Shown in pieces: positions 11,863 through 25,301 of a stretch of DNA of 64,000 nt. The position numbers and the translations under genes are program-made. The notes beneath the pieces are model-generated. The model had not been told where the DNA came from. It saw only the letters and a program-made list of their open reading frames with translations, and ran no database searches. Origin of the DNA: Azolla caroliniana (Eukaryota > Plantae > Polypodiophyta); contig JBHGNT010000008.1 of the NCBI GenBank assembly GCA_043228905.1, positions 558,001 through 622,000 of the forward strand. The letters run 5' to 3'. The stretch's first letter is position 1; the number at the start of each line of letters is the position of its first letter.

Positions 11863-13772
11863 TTCTTCCTCGATCGATCCGCAAAACTTTTGACACAATT
11901 AATGCTTAAACGCAGAGAGGGCCGCTACTGAATCCCACGCATTCTTCTTTCGATGTGAAAAATGTTCCACCCGCGAGGGTCTTAAAAGCAGCGCGCGTGG
12001 CCACGAAGACCGAAAAGCACAGATCGGCAGCCCGTTGACATGAAGGCCTTGACTTGATCCCACGATACCTCCCTCGATTGTACAACTGGTCTTTGACACA
12101 TGAATGATGAGACCTTGAATAAACGAAGACTTTGTTCAAAAGAAAGATTTCTTGTGTTGATTTGAGCTCTATCATAGACATCTCGTTACTTTGGGTTGTT
12201 GCACAACAAATCGACAAGATGCATTGTTGGTTGAAGCATTGTGATATGCCACATTGGTTTGACAACATGCCGAGCAACAAAGAAATTCACCTACAATGCC
12301 GAAAGGGTGCTAGCACTTCATGCAAACAAATGCCTTTCGAAAATGAAAACTCACATGCGAGGAACTCACCACCCTCCTCGTGACTTTTTCAAATTTTGAG
12401 TTGCAACATCATGAGAAGGAACCTATGTGTAGGTCCCATATGAATGAGTTTGCAGTACATGAAGAACTTTGTGAAAGAAACAAAACAATATTTGATGCAA
12501 CATGAGTACACATGACACCACCACATCACATTGCCCCCATCCCTCCATAAATGAAAGTTCCTTCAAATAGCCAAAGAAGATAGAACAAAGACATAGCACT
12601 AGCTCATCCATTGAAGACATCATACGTCTCACCACCCTACACACCACTAATCCCACCATGACAACACATCACCATACGAAAGTGTGTTAAATCCATGCAT
12701 GCAAGGATGGCATCTTCAAAGTTTTGAATTAGGAGACAAATGAGATATACATCATTCGAGAAGAAGAATTTGGATAAGAGAAAGGTATGTAGAAGCTTAA
12801 GGTGAGGAAAATAAGACACTAATGAGATATTTGAACCCAAGACCTTCATACAGCAAAAGGTTAAGATAACCACAAGAACACGAATTGAGCTAGCAAAAGT
12901 TATAATCAATAGCTCAATTGCATTCAAGTATTCCTGATTTACTCATTTTTTGGTGAAACAATTATTTACAATATAGTTATTGCACCTTTTGGTATTTATA
13001 TTGGTTCACAATATATATGTGCAAGGTTTATCTACATTTACAAAGTATAAAATGTTTATCCACATTTACAAGATATAGAAATCTATGTGATTAAGAAGTG
13101 ATTCACATCGTGTGCCATTGGCAATGTATGTACTCACACCCACAATATGTATGTGTCTCCTCATTGGCAATCCATGGTGCATTGGTGGTGATAACCATAC
13201 TCCAAGACAAAGCAGAGACATTGGAATTAACAATTATGGGTGGCCAACAACATGTACGACTCCTCAGAGAACCCAAACCGGACCTTGCAAGCTAGCTTGA
13301 CAAAGGGTATGAATGGGCAACTGACTCACATTGTCACAAAAGTATCTAACACCAACCTACGCAAGTCACTCAAAGATAAATATGTAGAATCTGGAGAAAC
13401 AAAAAAAGAGCACCCAAAAGTGGAACTCAAATGCCTTTGAAGAAGAATTGTGGGGTCATCACCACCAAATAGTCATATGAGAAAAGAAAGAACTGACACA
13501 TAACCTCCACGACCGCAGTGAAGGACTCCTTGGGTAACCAAAACGTTTGAGACTGAGCACTACATTCATCTGGAGCATGACACATGCCTCATGCATAGAT
13601 GTTATTGGCGCTACAAGGCTCGCTTGTAGATCCATCGTAATGGCTAGTACTGGACCGTCCTCATGCATAGATGTTAATGTCGTCGTAGTGGTCCTAGTAA
13701 GAGTAGTAGAATGCAAACATAGAGAGAGATGGGCTAAAAAGGGGCAGGGGAGGGAGGGGGGATGGTTGACTA

Positions 13773-14233
13773 TAACAATCAGCAACAGTTCGGTTCGGTT
13801 TGAGAGGGTCAAAACCGAGCCATTTAAAATTTTTGAAACCTGAACCGAACCGAACTGAACCCCGAAACCGTTAAACCAAATCGTTAAAACAATTTCACAC
13901 TGTTAAACCATTAAACCGTTAAAATCGTGGTTTTGCGGTTCGGTTTCGGTTGTCAAGTTAGGTCAAAATTCAATTTTTAAATTTTTAAAATTAAAATATT
14001 TCATTATTTTAAAATTTCAAAAATTTAAAGATTTTCCTAAAATGTGGGAATAAAGCCTAGAAACGAAAAGATTGTTTAAAAATCATTTTAATTTTTTTTT
14101 TTTAAATTTAAAAAATAAAAAATAGTTAAACCATTTAAACTATGGTTTCTAACTGTTGAAACCGAACCAAACCATTCAAACCATAAGCCACGGTTTCGCG
14201 GTTCGGTGCAAACCGAATCGTTGCCGACTATTA
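13773..14233. mobile_element. hAT-type MITE
   Basis: Imperfect TIR TAACAATCAGCAAC / GTTGCCGACTATTA, TSD GTTGACTA / ATTGACTA (7 of 8), AAACCG-rich ends and an AT-rich core. It is absent from the paralogous sequence at about 63680. Confidence 0.75.
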
Positions 14234-14338
14234 ATTGACTAGACGAAATCAATAAGAAGAGAAATTGAGAGTGAGAGAGGTATCTGTGTTGCTACAGGAA
14301 TCGGAGTGGGAAATTGGGAAGGAGACGGAGAGAGAAAG

Positions 14339-15130
14339 ATGCACAGAGAGAGCCATGAAGAGGGCGGGATGTTGGTCCATGCACAACCAGTAACTAGCGG
14401 CAATGAAGTAGAACTAGCAAAATTAGGTGCCTTGAATCCAATATTGCCCCTCCTACAAGATCTCTCTGACACCTGGAGAAGAGCTTAGACTACATAACTA
14501 CCATAAACAGTTCCCACGGGAATCGAATCGAGACCTTACAATTGAAGATAAATGAACTCATCGACATTTAATTAGTTTTCCACGAAGTCATTTTGATCTC
14601 AGTGGCGCAAGGCTCATTCCTACAAAGCCATAATTGGTGACTTCCTTTCACCATCTCCTGCATCATGGCAACAATGCTCCACATTGTTGTTAAGTTGTTG
14701 CATTTGAAGATCAAGCTTGACAAGAACTGATGGCAACATGACCAACTCTAATGCCGCCATCATGATGACAGTGCTCAACATAGTTGTTAAGTTGTTGCAT
14801 TTGAAGATCGAGCTTGATAAGAACCCAATGGCAACATGGAAAACTCTAATGCCGCCATCATCATGACAGTGCTCCACATTGTTGTTAAGTTGTTGCATTT
14901 GAAGATCGAGCTTGATAAGAACCGATGGCAACATGACCAACTCTAGGTTATGATAATGGTTAGGACGCAAAGAACAATCCTTTGGCTATCTATTGGAAAT
15001 GTGGGGTATGTTTTGAATCATTCTTATCAGAGTCTACATGATGTGAAGATGCCTTCATTATCCTTCTTGGAGCACATATATCAAGCTAGCGACCCGATCA
15101 TTGTGCTAATAACACTTCTTTGGCTCTCAT
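14339..15130 (+). pseudogene. Decayed paralog of the gene starting at 63805 (probable small membrane protein)
   Basis: About 13720-14515 aligns with 63645-64000 (MHRESHEEGGMLVHAQP vs MHRGSHDEGRMLVHAQP). It carries a frameshift, stops and an internal triplication. Downstream hydrophobic remnant LVFHEVILISVAQGSFLQSHNW*LPFTIS. The 3' limit is uncertain. Confidence 0.65.
14660..14946 (+). repeat. Tandem triplication, unit about 97-98 bp
   Basis: GTTGTTAAGTTGTTGCATTTGAAGATC(A/G)AGCTTGA recurs near 14686, 14783 and 14881. Confidence 0.9.
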
Positions 15131-15459
15131 AGTTGTTGGAAAGATTGTGGTTATGTGTTGCAACCGCGAGGGTTTTGTGACTCGGGGACGATCGGTATGA
15201 CATTGTGTAATTGCAGATGGTGTGATAGCAAGACAAGACAAATGCGACGTTGTCGAGGAAAAAATTTTAATTGATTCAAAAAACACTTACAAGATTCGAT
15301 TCCCAAAAGCTCCTTTGTTGTGGTAAACCAATTCAATCTTTCTCTTTCTCTTTCTCTATTTATTATTTTGTCCTTTCTATTTAATATTTGCTATTTTTAT
15401 TTTACAAAACTTGTTTTGGCAAAACTTGAACTCATAACCTCTTTTTGGGAAGAAGAGTC

Positions 15460-15774
15460 TTTGAGTCTAAAGAGGCTTCGAGCTTGAAGAGTCAACGACT
15501 CTTATCTACCTTCGACTCTAACTTACCTTCAACTCTATCTTATGTTCAACTCTGACTTATTGTCAACTTTAGATTACCTTCAACTATGAGGTGCTTTCGA
15601 CTCTGCAGAGCTTTCGACTCTAATGACCTTTTGACTCCTAGGAGCTTCCAACTCTAACGATCTTTTGACTCTGACCATCCTTTGAGTCTAACTACCTTTC
15701 GACCCCTGTGAGCTTTTGACTATGGTGATCTTTCAACTTTAGCAATCATTCAACTCTAACAAGCCTTCGAGTCA
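15460..15774 (+). repeat. 19-unit array with an exact 17-bp period (core TTCGACTCT plus variable 8 nt)
   Basis: Cores start at 15460, 15477, 15494 ... 15766 with no indel. Confidence 0.85.
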
Positions 15775-18700
15775 CACATCCTCTCTAGTTCTAGTCCCTA
15801 GTGGCCCCACTCAAGTAGCACAATTATGCATATAACTTCACGAAAATGGTGTCGACATTTGAATCCCCCCTCGCCCACAAGAAACCAATCATCCCCAAAA
15901 TGTCCCTAAGTATATTCTGGTGGGAGCCAACGTTTAATTTATTCTCGAGTTTGGACCAAAGAAAGAAATTTGAGTGGAGGTTAATCCCTATGTCGATTCA
16001 TCAATGCTTAACCAAAATAGAAAGAAGAAATAGGGGATCTATATTCATCTATATTTGGATGAAACTTTAACACTTACTAGAAAGATTGTAATTAATGAGG
16101 ATTGCAAGTATCTGATGGTTTCTCACTAGATACCAAAGGGAGGTTGATGATATTTTCAGTCCTTTACCTGTTCATGTCCTCAAGTCCAAAAAGCTCTAAC
16201 TACATATTAGAATTTGATAGTCCATCTTATGTTCATATTTTCTTTTCTTGTAGTATGAAAAAATCATTCGATTCTATGAACACATACGTGCTTGTCAAAC
16301 AAAGCCGAACCAACACTGAAATTCCATTTTTTCCTTCTCAAATCGACTAGAAGGCTCTCTTTGGGTTTGGATAAAGCCCCTCGACTTTCTCCAACACTCA
16401 TTTGTTGCCTCTCCATGACAAGGCCTTAAATTATCTTGCCCAAAAAGGTTATATGGGATTTGATTCCCCCATAGCCTACAGTTGAGAATCGAACTCAACT
16501 TCCCATAGATAGGTTTCACACTAGCTCATGGACATTCCAGGCTAGTTTTGTGAATAGTAGAAAGGGCGCTTGCCCTAGCTTAGTTGGTATATAAACCAAC
16601 TCATTGTAATTGAGTTACTATTGGATGTATTTCGTTTTGTTAATATCATATACAATTTTGTCTATCTCTCTCTCTCTCTGCTGTTACACACACACACATA
16701 CGTTCACCTTCCGTTGCATTGCAACCACTCTTGCCTTCCCATTTCTTAACATGGTATCAGAGCGTGTGGTTGCCTAATCAAGCATTTTTCGACTGTGTTG
16801 TGTTGCATGCCGACGATCAACAGAACTGGCCCATTGACAGAGAAGAAATCACCATGAATACTCAAATGGGAAGCGCTCTTCCTACTGAGAAGCTCAACAG
16901 AACGAACTTTGCATCTTGGGAATACAAGATGCATCAATATCTTGTCAGACAAGGCTATTGGAGCTACATCGAAGGGGCTCAAGAATCACACCCCAACCCA
17001 ACACACGCCGACTATCTCGATTGGGCGCAGGCCTCAAGCCGTGTGTTGTATTGCCTTGCATCATGCATTCATGATCACATGCTTGGCTACATTCGAGAGG
17101 CAAAAACGCCAAAGCAAGCGTGGGAAAATCTCAAAAAGATTTTCGCAGCTAGCACGGCCGCACGCAAGCTCCAGCTTCGTCAAGAGCTGAATAGCATCCA
17201 ACAGAGGGACATGTCAATCTCAAGCTATACCTTGAAGATCAAGAAGCTATGTGACGCCCTCAGATCGATCAACGTCGTCATTGACGATGACGAACTGGTG
17301 CAAATATGCCTCGGAGGCTTAGCACCGCGTTTCGGCACGATTAGATCGGTTGTTCTCGCAAGAGAGAACCCTCCCTCCTTCTTCGAACTTCAGTCGATAT
17401 TGTTGGTCGAAGAGAATCATGCCCGACAGAGGAGCAACGCACTAGATGGACATATGCTTTACTCCCAGTCGGATGATAGAAGGAATTTCGGCCGAGGTCA
17501 CAAAGGTCGCTTCGGACAAGGTCGTAATGATCGGCAAAATCAAGAGCGTAACTCTCACAAATGGCAATTGGATAGAAATGGTCCCAGAGAGTTTGGCGGA
17601 AGGGGGAGTCATAACACCGGACCGAGCAATCGCCGAAACCCAGTCGTGTGTGGGTATTGCCGAAAACCCGGCCACTACGAAGAGGAGTAACAGAAGAAGA
17701 AACGTGAAGCAGGCCGACAACTGACAAATTACGCCACGAACTTCGACTACGGTGATCGTGGCGGAATGTTCATAATGAAGCACGAAGCACACTCGATGTC
17801 TGCATTTGCGACAACCAGTGCCACCACTCCTAATAGTGTATGGTTTGTCGATTCAGGAGCTTCCAATCACATGACTTCCCATGAAGATTGGTTTCAGGAA
17901 TTACAGAAGTCCGAACGTCCCGGATATGTCGAAACAGGCGATGATATGATATGACTCATCCAATACAACATATCGGGAATGTCCCATTCGGAAACGACGG
18001 CGAACAGACCTACCTCAAGAACGTACTACATGTTCCCACCATCACGAAAAATCTGGTCTCGGTCGGCCAAATTGTAGAACAAGGAATGCAGGTACGCTTC
18101 AACAACGATGGGTGCTTCATTGAAAAAGGCGATCAAATCGTAGCTCACAGCAAATGAGAAGGCTGTATGTTCATCCTCAAGTCGAGCGAAGTAAGGTCGG
18201 CTATGTACGCAAAAGGCCAGAAAGTCGAAACCGACTTAAAATTGTGGCACAAGAGAATCGGCCACATCAATCTCCAGAAGCTTCAGAACATGCAGACAAA
18301 AGGAGTCGTAATCGAACTCCTGAACTTTACGGCAAAGGAGATCACAGGCGTGTGCGAAGCATGCCAATTTGGAAAGCAACGTTGTCATCCATTCTCAAAA
18401 GAGTGGAATGTAAGCAAAGGGATCCTGGATGTCATAAATTCAGATGTGTGGGGACCAGCCCAAACAACTACTTTCGGCGGATGCCATTACTATGTCACGT
18501 TCATCGATGACTTCTCTTGAAATACCTGGATTTCTCCGATGAAGCAAAAGAGTGAAGTGTTTGGCCACTTCTAGAAGGTCAAAGCCAAAGTAGAAAAAGC
18601 TACGGGCCGTCATGTATGTTGCCTTCGATCAGATGGAGGTAAAGAATATTTTTCGGATGAGTTCTCGGCGTATCTCCGCAAGGAAGGAATTCGACGAGAG

Positions 18701-19601
18701 TTCTCGTGTCGACATACACCTCAGCAAAACGACGTAGCTGAGCGTAAAAACCGTCACATAGTAGAAGTCGCACGAGCCATGATGAATGAGAAGAACCTGC
18801 CGAAATCGTACTGGGTAGAAGCAGCGAACACGGCCGTATACCTCATGAATAGGTGCACAACCTTAGGAGTACACGACATAACTCATGAAAAGTTCTTTGG
18901 AAAGAAGCCGGACTTATCACATGTCCGCATTTTCGGCGCTATCGCCTATGTAAATATTCCTGACGATACTCGGCAAAATCTTGACCCAAAGTCAAAGAAA
19001 TGTATCCTTGTAGGATACTCACTTGAACAAAAGGGGTACAAGTGCTACAATTCATCTACCCATAAGGTTCGAACAAGTCGAGATGTAGTCTTCGACGAAT
19101 ACACATCCTGGTACGCACTAGAGAATACTTTGACTCCACTCGACGCTGATGACACCAAAATAAGAATAGAAGTTGAGGATCGGCTCACATAGATGTTCGA
19201 AGACAACCCAACTTCGACACGGCTGAGTGGACCGCAAGATCCCCCAAGTGATAAAAGCACATCTCGGGCAAGTCCACTGTTAGACAAAGGCAAGGCGAAA
19301 ATGCGGGAGTATGAAGATCATTTCGATCTCGACAGTGAGTTCGAAGGCCTTAACATCCACATGGACGGCGTGAAGAAACCCCTAGAATCCACAAATGACA
19401 AGCCACGTCGATCCAAGCGCGAGAAGAACCCCGTAAACCGTTGCGGCTACGATGAGTACATGGCGTATCATTACACATTCATGATGAAGGTAGCGTCAGT
19501 ACGGGAACCAGAAACGCTTTTCGAAGCCACAAAGGATCCGTGATGGGTCAACGCGATGAATGAGGAGATGGAAGCGTTATGCAAAAACGAGACATGGGAT
19601 C

Positions 19602-22600
19602 TGAAAAGAATGGCGTGCGGAAGCAATATAGGAAAACCGAACAACAGAAAATGCAGGTTTAATGGAAAGCTTAGGTCTTCACAGTATGCACAGGGGAAGA
19701 CAGAGAGAGAGTAACACAAGAACTTAAATTCGAAAAATAATACTCAATTTGTACATAGGATGTGCTTAGTGAGCACTTTTATACAAGCCCTGACAGTGGG
19801 CTGACACAAGTACTGACAGTACTTGACAGCTCATAAATGAGCCTCGACACTTACTCCCAAAACTATTCCTTACGAGGCATATCTTTCTAACGGCCTTTCG
19901 GTCTACGCACCGATACGGCCTTTCTATGCACCGGTTTTATGCACCCAGACTACACACCGGTTACGCATCGTATTATGCACAAATGTTGAGCTTGTCTCTC
20001 AACACTCCCCCTCAAGCTCAACTTGAGGTTTCGCCTGCTCTGCCGGACCTACGCTCCGGCTTCTCCTAGCTCCACGCCTCGCTCGTGCTCCTCGGCCTGT
20101 TCGACTCCGTGCACTTTGACCCTTCTGGTCGGCTTGTCTACTCCCACGGCCCTTCACAGGTCCCTTGCTATCGCGGTGTTGGTGCTTCTCCTGCTGCCCT
20201 TTTTTTTTTCCGCTTGGCCCTCAATTGATTCAGTGTATCTGAATCAAACATCCAAACCGACTCGGCTACCTCCGATCGGTTTTCGCTCTCGTCCGAGCTC
20301 TCATCCGAGTTGGCTGTCTCCAACTCATCTCCGGTCTTCTCGCCCTTGATGGTGTCATCTCCCCCATGCCTGGTTGGCTTTGGCTCTTTCTTTCGGCTAC
20401 TCCCCTTGTGTCCACTTTCGGACTCTTCTACGGATCCGGACTCGGCTTCTTCAGCCGATTCGAGGTCTTTTCCGCTCTTTTCCTGCTCCCTTTCGTGGTC
20501 ATCTGGGACGTTTCTCCCCCTCAAGTTCGGCATGTAGAAGTGACGCAAGCCAAGCGCACTTGAAAATTGCCGCAACTTGTCAAGACCAAGATGCCTTGTG
20601 AAGATGTCGACGGTCTGCCGATTTGTCGGAACATATTGAAGTTCGATTTCATTAGAAAGGACACGCTCACGGACAAAATGGTAGTGCACCTCAATGTGCT
20701 TGGTCCGTGCGTGGAAGACGAGGTTCTTCGCGAGTTGGATGTTGCTGAGGTTGTCGCAGTAGATCGTCGTTGGATCAGACACCTCCTCCTGCAGATCCTT
20801 AAGTAGCCGCTTCAACCAAATGGCTTCGCATGTTGCGACAACTGCTCCTCTATACTCGGCTTCGGTGCTCGACAGTGCAACTGTCGGCTGCTTCTTGCTA
20901 CTCCACGCTATCACAACACTCCCAAGAGAGAACGCATGTCCGGACGTGGATCGGCGATCGGGGACATTGCCGGCCCAGTCGGCATCAGTGTAGCCGACCA
21001 ACTACGGGGCTGTATCGGTTCGATATAGCAGTCTGTGGTCCTTAGTGCCGCTTACGTACGACAGTACGCGTTGCGCACACTGAAGGTGCTCCTCGGTAGG
21101 TCGCGCCATGAACTGACTGATCACCCCGACCGGATAACTGAGATCGGGTCGGGTGATGGTCAAGTAGATAAGGCTTCCGACAACTTGTCGGAACCTTGTC
21201 GGATCGCAAACCTTGCCGGAATTGGGGCGAAGCTTGACAGTTCTGTCCAAAGGAGTCGAGACGGACTTACAGTCTGCCATCCTGAATTTGAAGAGCATAT
21301 TCAGCGCGTAATGATGTTGGCTTATTAGTATGCCTTCGGGGGTGCGGATCACTTCGATCCCGAGGAAGCAATGAAGGTCCCCCAAATCCTTCATGTCGAA
21401 TGATGCTGCAAGCTGGAGCTTCACGCGGTTGATCTCACCTAGGTCGGCGTCGGTGATGACCAAGTCATCAACATAGAGTAAAATACTGATCGGCCTGAGT
21501 CGACCTTTCCGAATGAACAACGAGGAGTCCGATTTTGACGTCGCAAAGCCCATCCGATGCAGCCGATGCATGATTTTTGCATTCCAGGCACGCGGGGCTT
21601 GCTTCAGTCTGTAAAGAGACTTCTTCAATCGGCATACTGCCGACATGTTCGGTCCGGAGTGAAATCCGGGGGGCTGTACCATATACACTTGGTCCTCAAG
21701 CTCACCTTGCAAGAATGCATTCTTTACATCCATTTGATGTAGGTGCCACCCCTTGGCCGCGACTACTGCGAGCAAAACACGGACGATCGTCATCTTTGCG
21801 ACCGACGTGAACGTCTCATCGTAGTCGATGCCGTGTTTCTACGCGTAGCCTTTTGCCACTAACCGGGCCTTGATCGGTTGACCGAGCCGTCGGTGTTGTA
21901 CTTGACCTTGTACACCCACCTACATCCGATCGGCTTCACACCCTTCGGTGCGTCAACCAGATCCCAGGTCTCGTTTTCCGCCAATGCGTGCATCTCTTCC
22001 TCCATCGTGGCGCGCCAATTCGTGTCCTTCGCCGCTTCTGCGTAGCTCCCCGGCTCACACACTTCCGCTACACGGGTCATGTACGTATAGTGATGCGCCA
22101 TGTACTCGTTGTATCCAAACCGCACAACTGGGTTCTTTTGGCGGGTAGATCGGCGTAATCGGTTATTAGCCGATGTCGAGGTCTTCTCGGCCAACGCGGA
22201 CTTCGTTCTTGAAGGCCCGTCACCGCCTCCCTCGGAGTCGGACTCGTGTCAGTCTGACTCATTCCTTTCCGTGCCGGAATCCGACACCTTCTTCTTCCCT
22301 TTCTCTTCGCGCGTAAGCCGTCTCCTCAGCTTCCTACACGGGGAATGCACGACCGAGTCTCCACTACTCGCCGACTCTTCATCAGATTGGTCGTATCGAC
22401 TCAATTGTCCATTCGGTCCACTTAACCGAACCGAAATCGGACTCTCTTCAGGGGTCCCGATTTCAAGCTCAGTCGAAGGCACCTCAGCCTTGTTGTCGTC
22501 ATCGTCAGAACTCGGATTGGAGGTGAGGTCCGGAGTCGGAGGCAAGTACCAGGACGCAGACTCATGAAACACAACATCGCGGCTCACGCGCGGTTGTTTG

Positions 22601-25301
22601 GTACGCGGGTTATAGCACTTATAACCCTTCTGCTCGTCCGAATAGCCGACCAAGATACACTTCTCGGCTTTTGCATCCAACTTCCTCCTTTTCTCCTTCA
22701 GCACATGTACATACGCAATGCTACCGAAAACTCGTAAGTGTCGCAAGTTCGGCTTTGTTCCAAAGTATAGCTCGTGCGCCGACACTTTTTCTCCGATCCG
22801 GTTCTGGATGTATACAACGGTTCTTACCGCCTCGGCCCAATAGAACTTGGGCAAGCTCTTCTCCTCCAGCATTGCGCGTGTAGCTTCCACAACTGATCGA
22901 TTTTTTCTCTCGGCCACGCCATTTTGCTCCGGCGTGTATCTACAACTTAATTCGCGCCGAATTCCCATCTGTTGTAGATAACCGTTGAATTGACCGGAAA
23001 AGTATTCTTTTCCGCCATCCGACCGCAGGCACTTGATCTTTCTTCCTGTTTCCGTTTCCACGAACCCTTTGAGGTCCCGGAAACAGTCGAAGACTTCGCT
23101 TTTCCTCTCAATGAGGTAGATCCACGTGTGCCGCGTGTAGTCGTCGATGAAGGAGACAAAATATCGGCTCCCGCCAAGACTAACGTTTTGTGCCGGCCCC
23201 CACACATCAGAGTGTATCGAGTCTAGCTTATTCCGGCTCCGATTACGCTCGTTTGGGAAAGGAAGTCAGTGTTACTTCCCAAGCTAGCAGGCTTCACAAA
23301 TTTGTGCCTTCCGGCCACTAAATTTGGGCAATCCAAACACCACTTGTTTTGATTGCAAGTCTTGAAGCCGCTGGTAGTTGACGTGGCCTATTCGTTTGTG
23401 CCATAAGTCGATGTCTGACTCGACTTTTTGTCCCTTCGCGAACATTGCGGTGCCACGGTCAGTAGAGTCGAGGATAAACATCCTCCCATCTCTGCACCCT
23501 TGCGCAATAATACGACCTTCTTCCTCAATGAAGCACCCAAGATGCGTAAACCGAACCTGCATCCCCTGGTCGACGATCTGCCCGACCGACACCAGATTCT
23601 TCGTGATGGTCGGGACGTGTAACACATTCATAAGTTTCCCTTTCTGCCCGACATGGCTCAAGGGAACTTCACCGACATTCGCGATCGGATGCAGAGTGTC
23701 GTCTCCAGTTGCGACTACTCCTGCTTGCGCCGGTTTCTCAAGGTATGAGAACCACTCCTTGTGGCATGTCATCTGGTTTGACGCGCCGGAGTCGACATAC
23801 TACACCTCGTCTGATTTTGGGGCGGACTGTTTCATTGAGTTTGCTTCGTGTCTCGTCACGAAGACTGACCCTTTTCTGGCTTTTCCGGATCCTTCGATGT
23901 AGTGCGATCGCCGCCGATTTCCTTTGTCGGTATGTCCGGAGCCAGACCTCTCCGACTCGGCGCGCTTTTTCCAGCACTTGCTCTCCCTATGGCCTTTCTT
24001 GCCACAGTACCAGCATTCCGTGGCGGATTTCCCTTTCTGGTTCTCGTCGCCTCGACTCCTCTTGTTTCTGGAGGGTCTGGAATTGCTGTCGGCATCTCTT
24101 CGATGCGTTCTTCCTTGATCCCGTCGGCTGCCTCCATTGCGTACCGATTCGCCTCATCCGCCACGACCACGGGGCCTTTCTCCCTCCGTGTACAACATCT
24201 TGCTGTCAGTGTGCGTGCTCGTCGACACACCCGCGTGGTTCTCGTCTACCAGGAGCATCGACTGTAAGTCGAAAAAGGACGACATATTCTCCCGGGTACA
24301 CACTGCAGTTCAGAACGCGCCGAACTTTGACGCCAAACCCCCGAGACAGACCTGAACCATCTCGCTTTCCTCGATGTTCACATCGATGGAAGCTAAGGAG
24401 TCGCATATGTCCTTAATCCTCGAGGTATAGTTAGCCGCCGACAAATCGCGTTGTCGTAGGTTGTTCAACTCCTGTCGAAGCTGAAGCTTCCTGACTGTAG
24501 TGCTCGCGGCGAAAATCTTCTTTAGATTTTCCCATGCACCCTTCGGCGTTTTTGCATCCCAAACGTAGCTTAGCAGTTGTTCACCCACACAAGACGCGAA
24601 GCAGTATAGCACTCTACTCGCCGATTGTTCCCATGCCGGGAAGTCTTTGTGTGTCGAATCGTGTGCTGTGTCATTTGCTCCATCGACATAGCTCCAGTAA
24701 CCATGTCCGAGCAGGTACTGGTGCATCTTGTAGGACCAAGATGCGTAGTTGGTTCTATCGAGCTTCTCCGTTGGAAGCGAGCTAGCCATTCCTCTGTCCA
24801 TCATTTTCCTTGTTCTTCTTCGTTGGTTTTTCCTTCAAGCAAAGTCAGCTGCAGAGGTTCTCAACCCTCGTGCTCTGATACCATGAAAAGAATGGCGTGC
24901 GGAAGCAATATAGGAAAACCGAACAACAAAAAACACAGGTTTAATGGAAAGCTTAGGTCTTCACAGTACGCACAGGGGAAGACAGGGAGAGAGTAACACA
25001 AGAACTTAAATTCGAAAAATAATACTCAATCTATACATAGGATGTGCTCAGTGAGCACTTTTATACAAGCCCTGACAGTGGGCTGACACAAGTACTGACA
25101 GTACTTGACTGCTCATAAATGAGCCTCGACACTTACTCCCAAAACTATTCCTTACGAGGAGGAATATCGTTCTAACGGCCTTTCGGTCTACGCACCGATA
25201 CGACCTTTCTACGCACCGGTCTGCGTACCGGTTTTATGCACCCAGTCTACGCACTGGTTACGCATCGTATTACGCACAAATGTTGAGCTTGTCTCTCAAC
25301 A
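19602..25301 (-). mobile_element. Ty1/copia element B inserted in the RT of A
   Basis: LTRs 19602-20004 and 24884-25301, TSD GGATC/GGATC, Met PBS 24872-24883, PPT at 20005. gag-PR-INT-RT-RH with a few stops and frameshifts. Confidence 0.96.

Noticed and set aside
12090-13700. Possible DNA-transposon remnant upstream of PNG1
   Set aside because: It looks like decayed TE sequence, but I could not find TIRs, a TSD or a diagnostic motif.
14660-15774. Possible CRISPR arrays (97-bp repeats; 17-bp periodic array)
   Set aside because: The first has no unique spacers, and the second has 9-bp cores and 8-bp spacers, far too short. There are no cas genes and the context is eukaryotic.
15810-16479. Possible retroelement or gene fragment hosting element A (continues 28624-28770)
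   Set aside because: Only short ORFs with no motif I can identify.
20168-20510. env-like extra gene in B
   Set aside because: The tail is in frame with RNase H, hydrophilic, and lacks a signal peptide or transmembrane segment.
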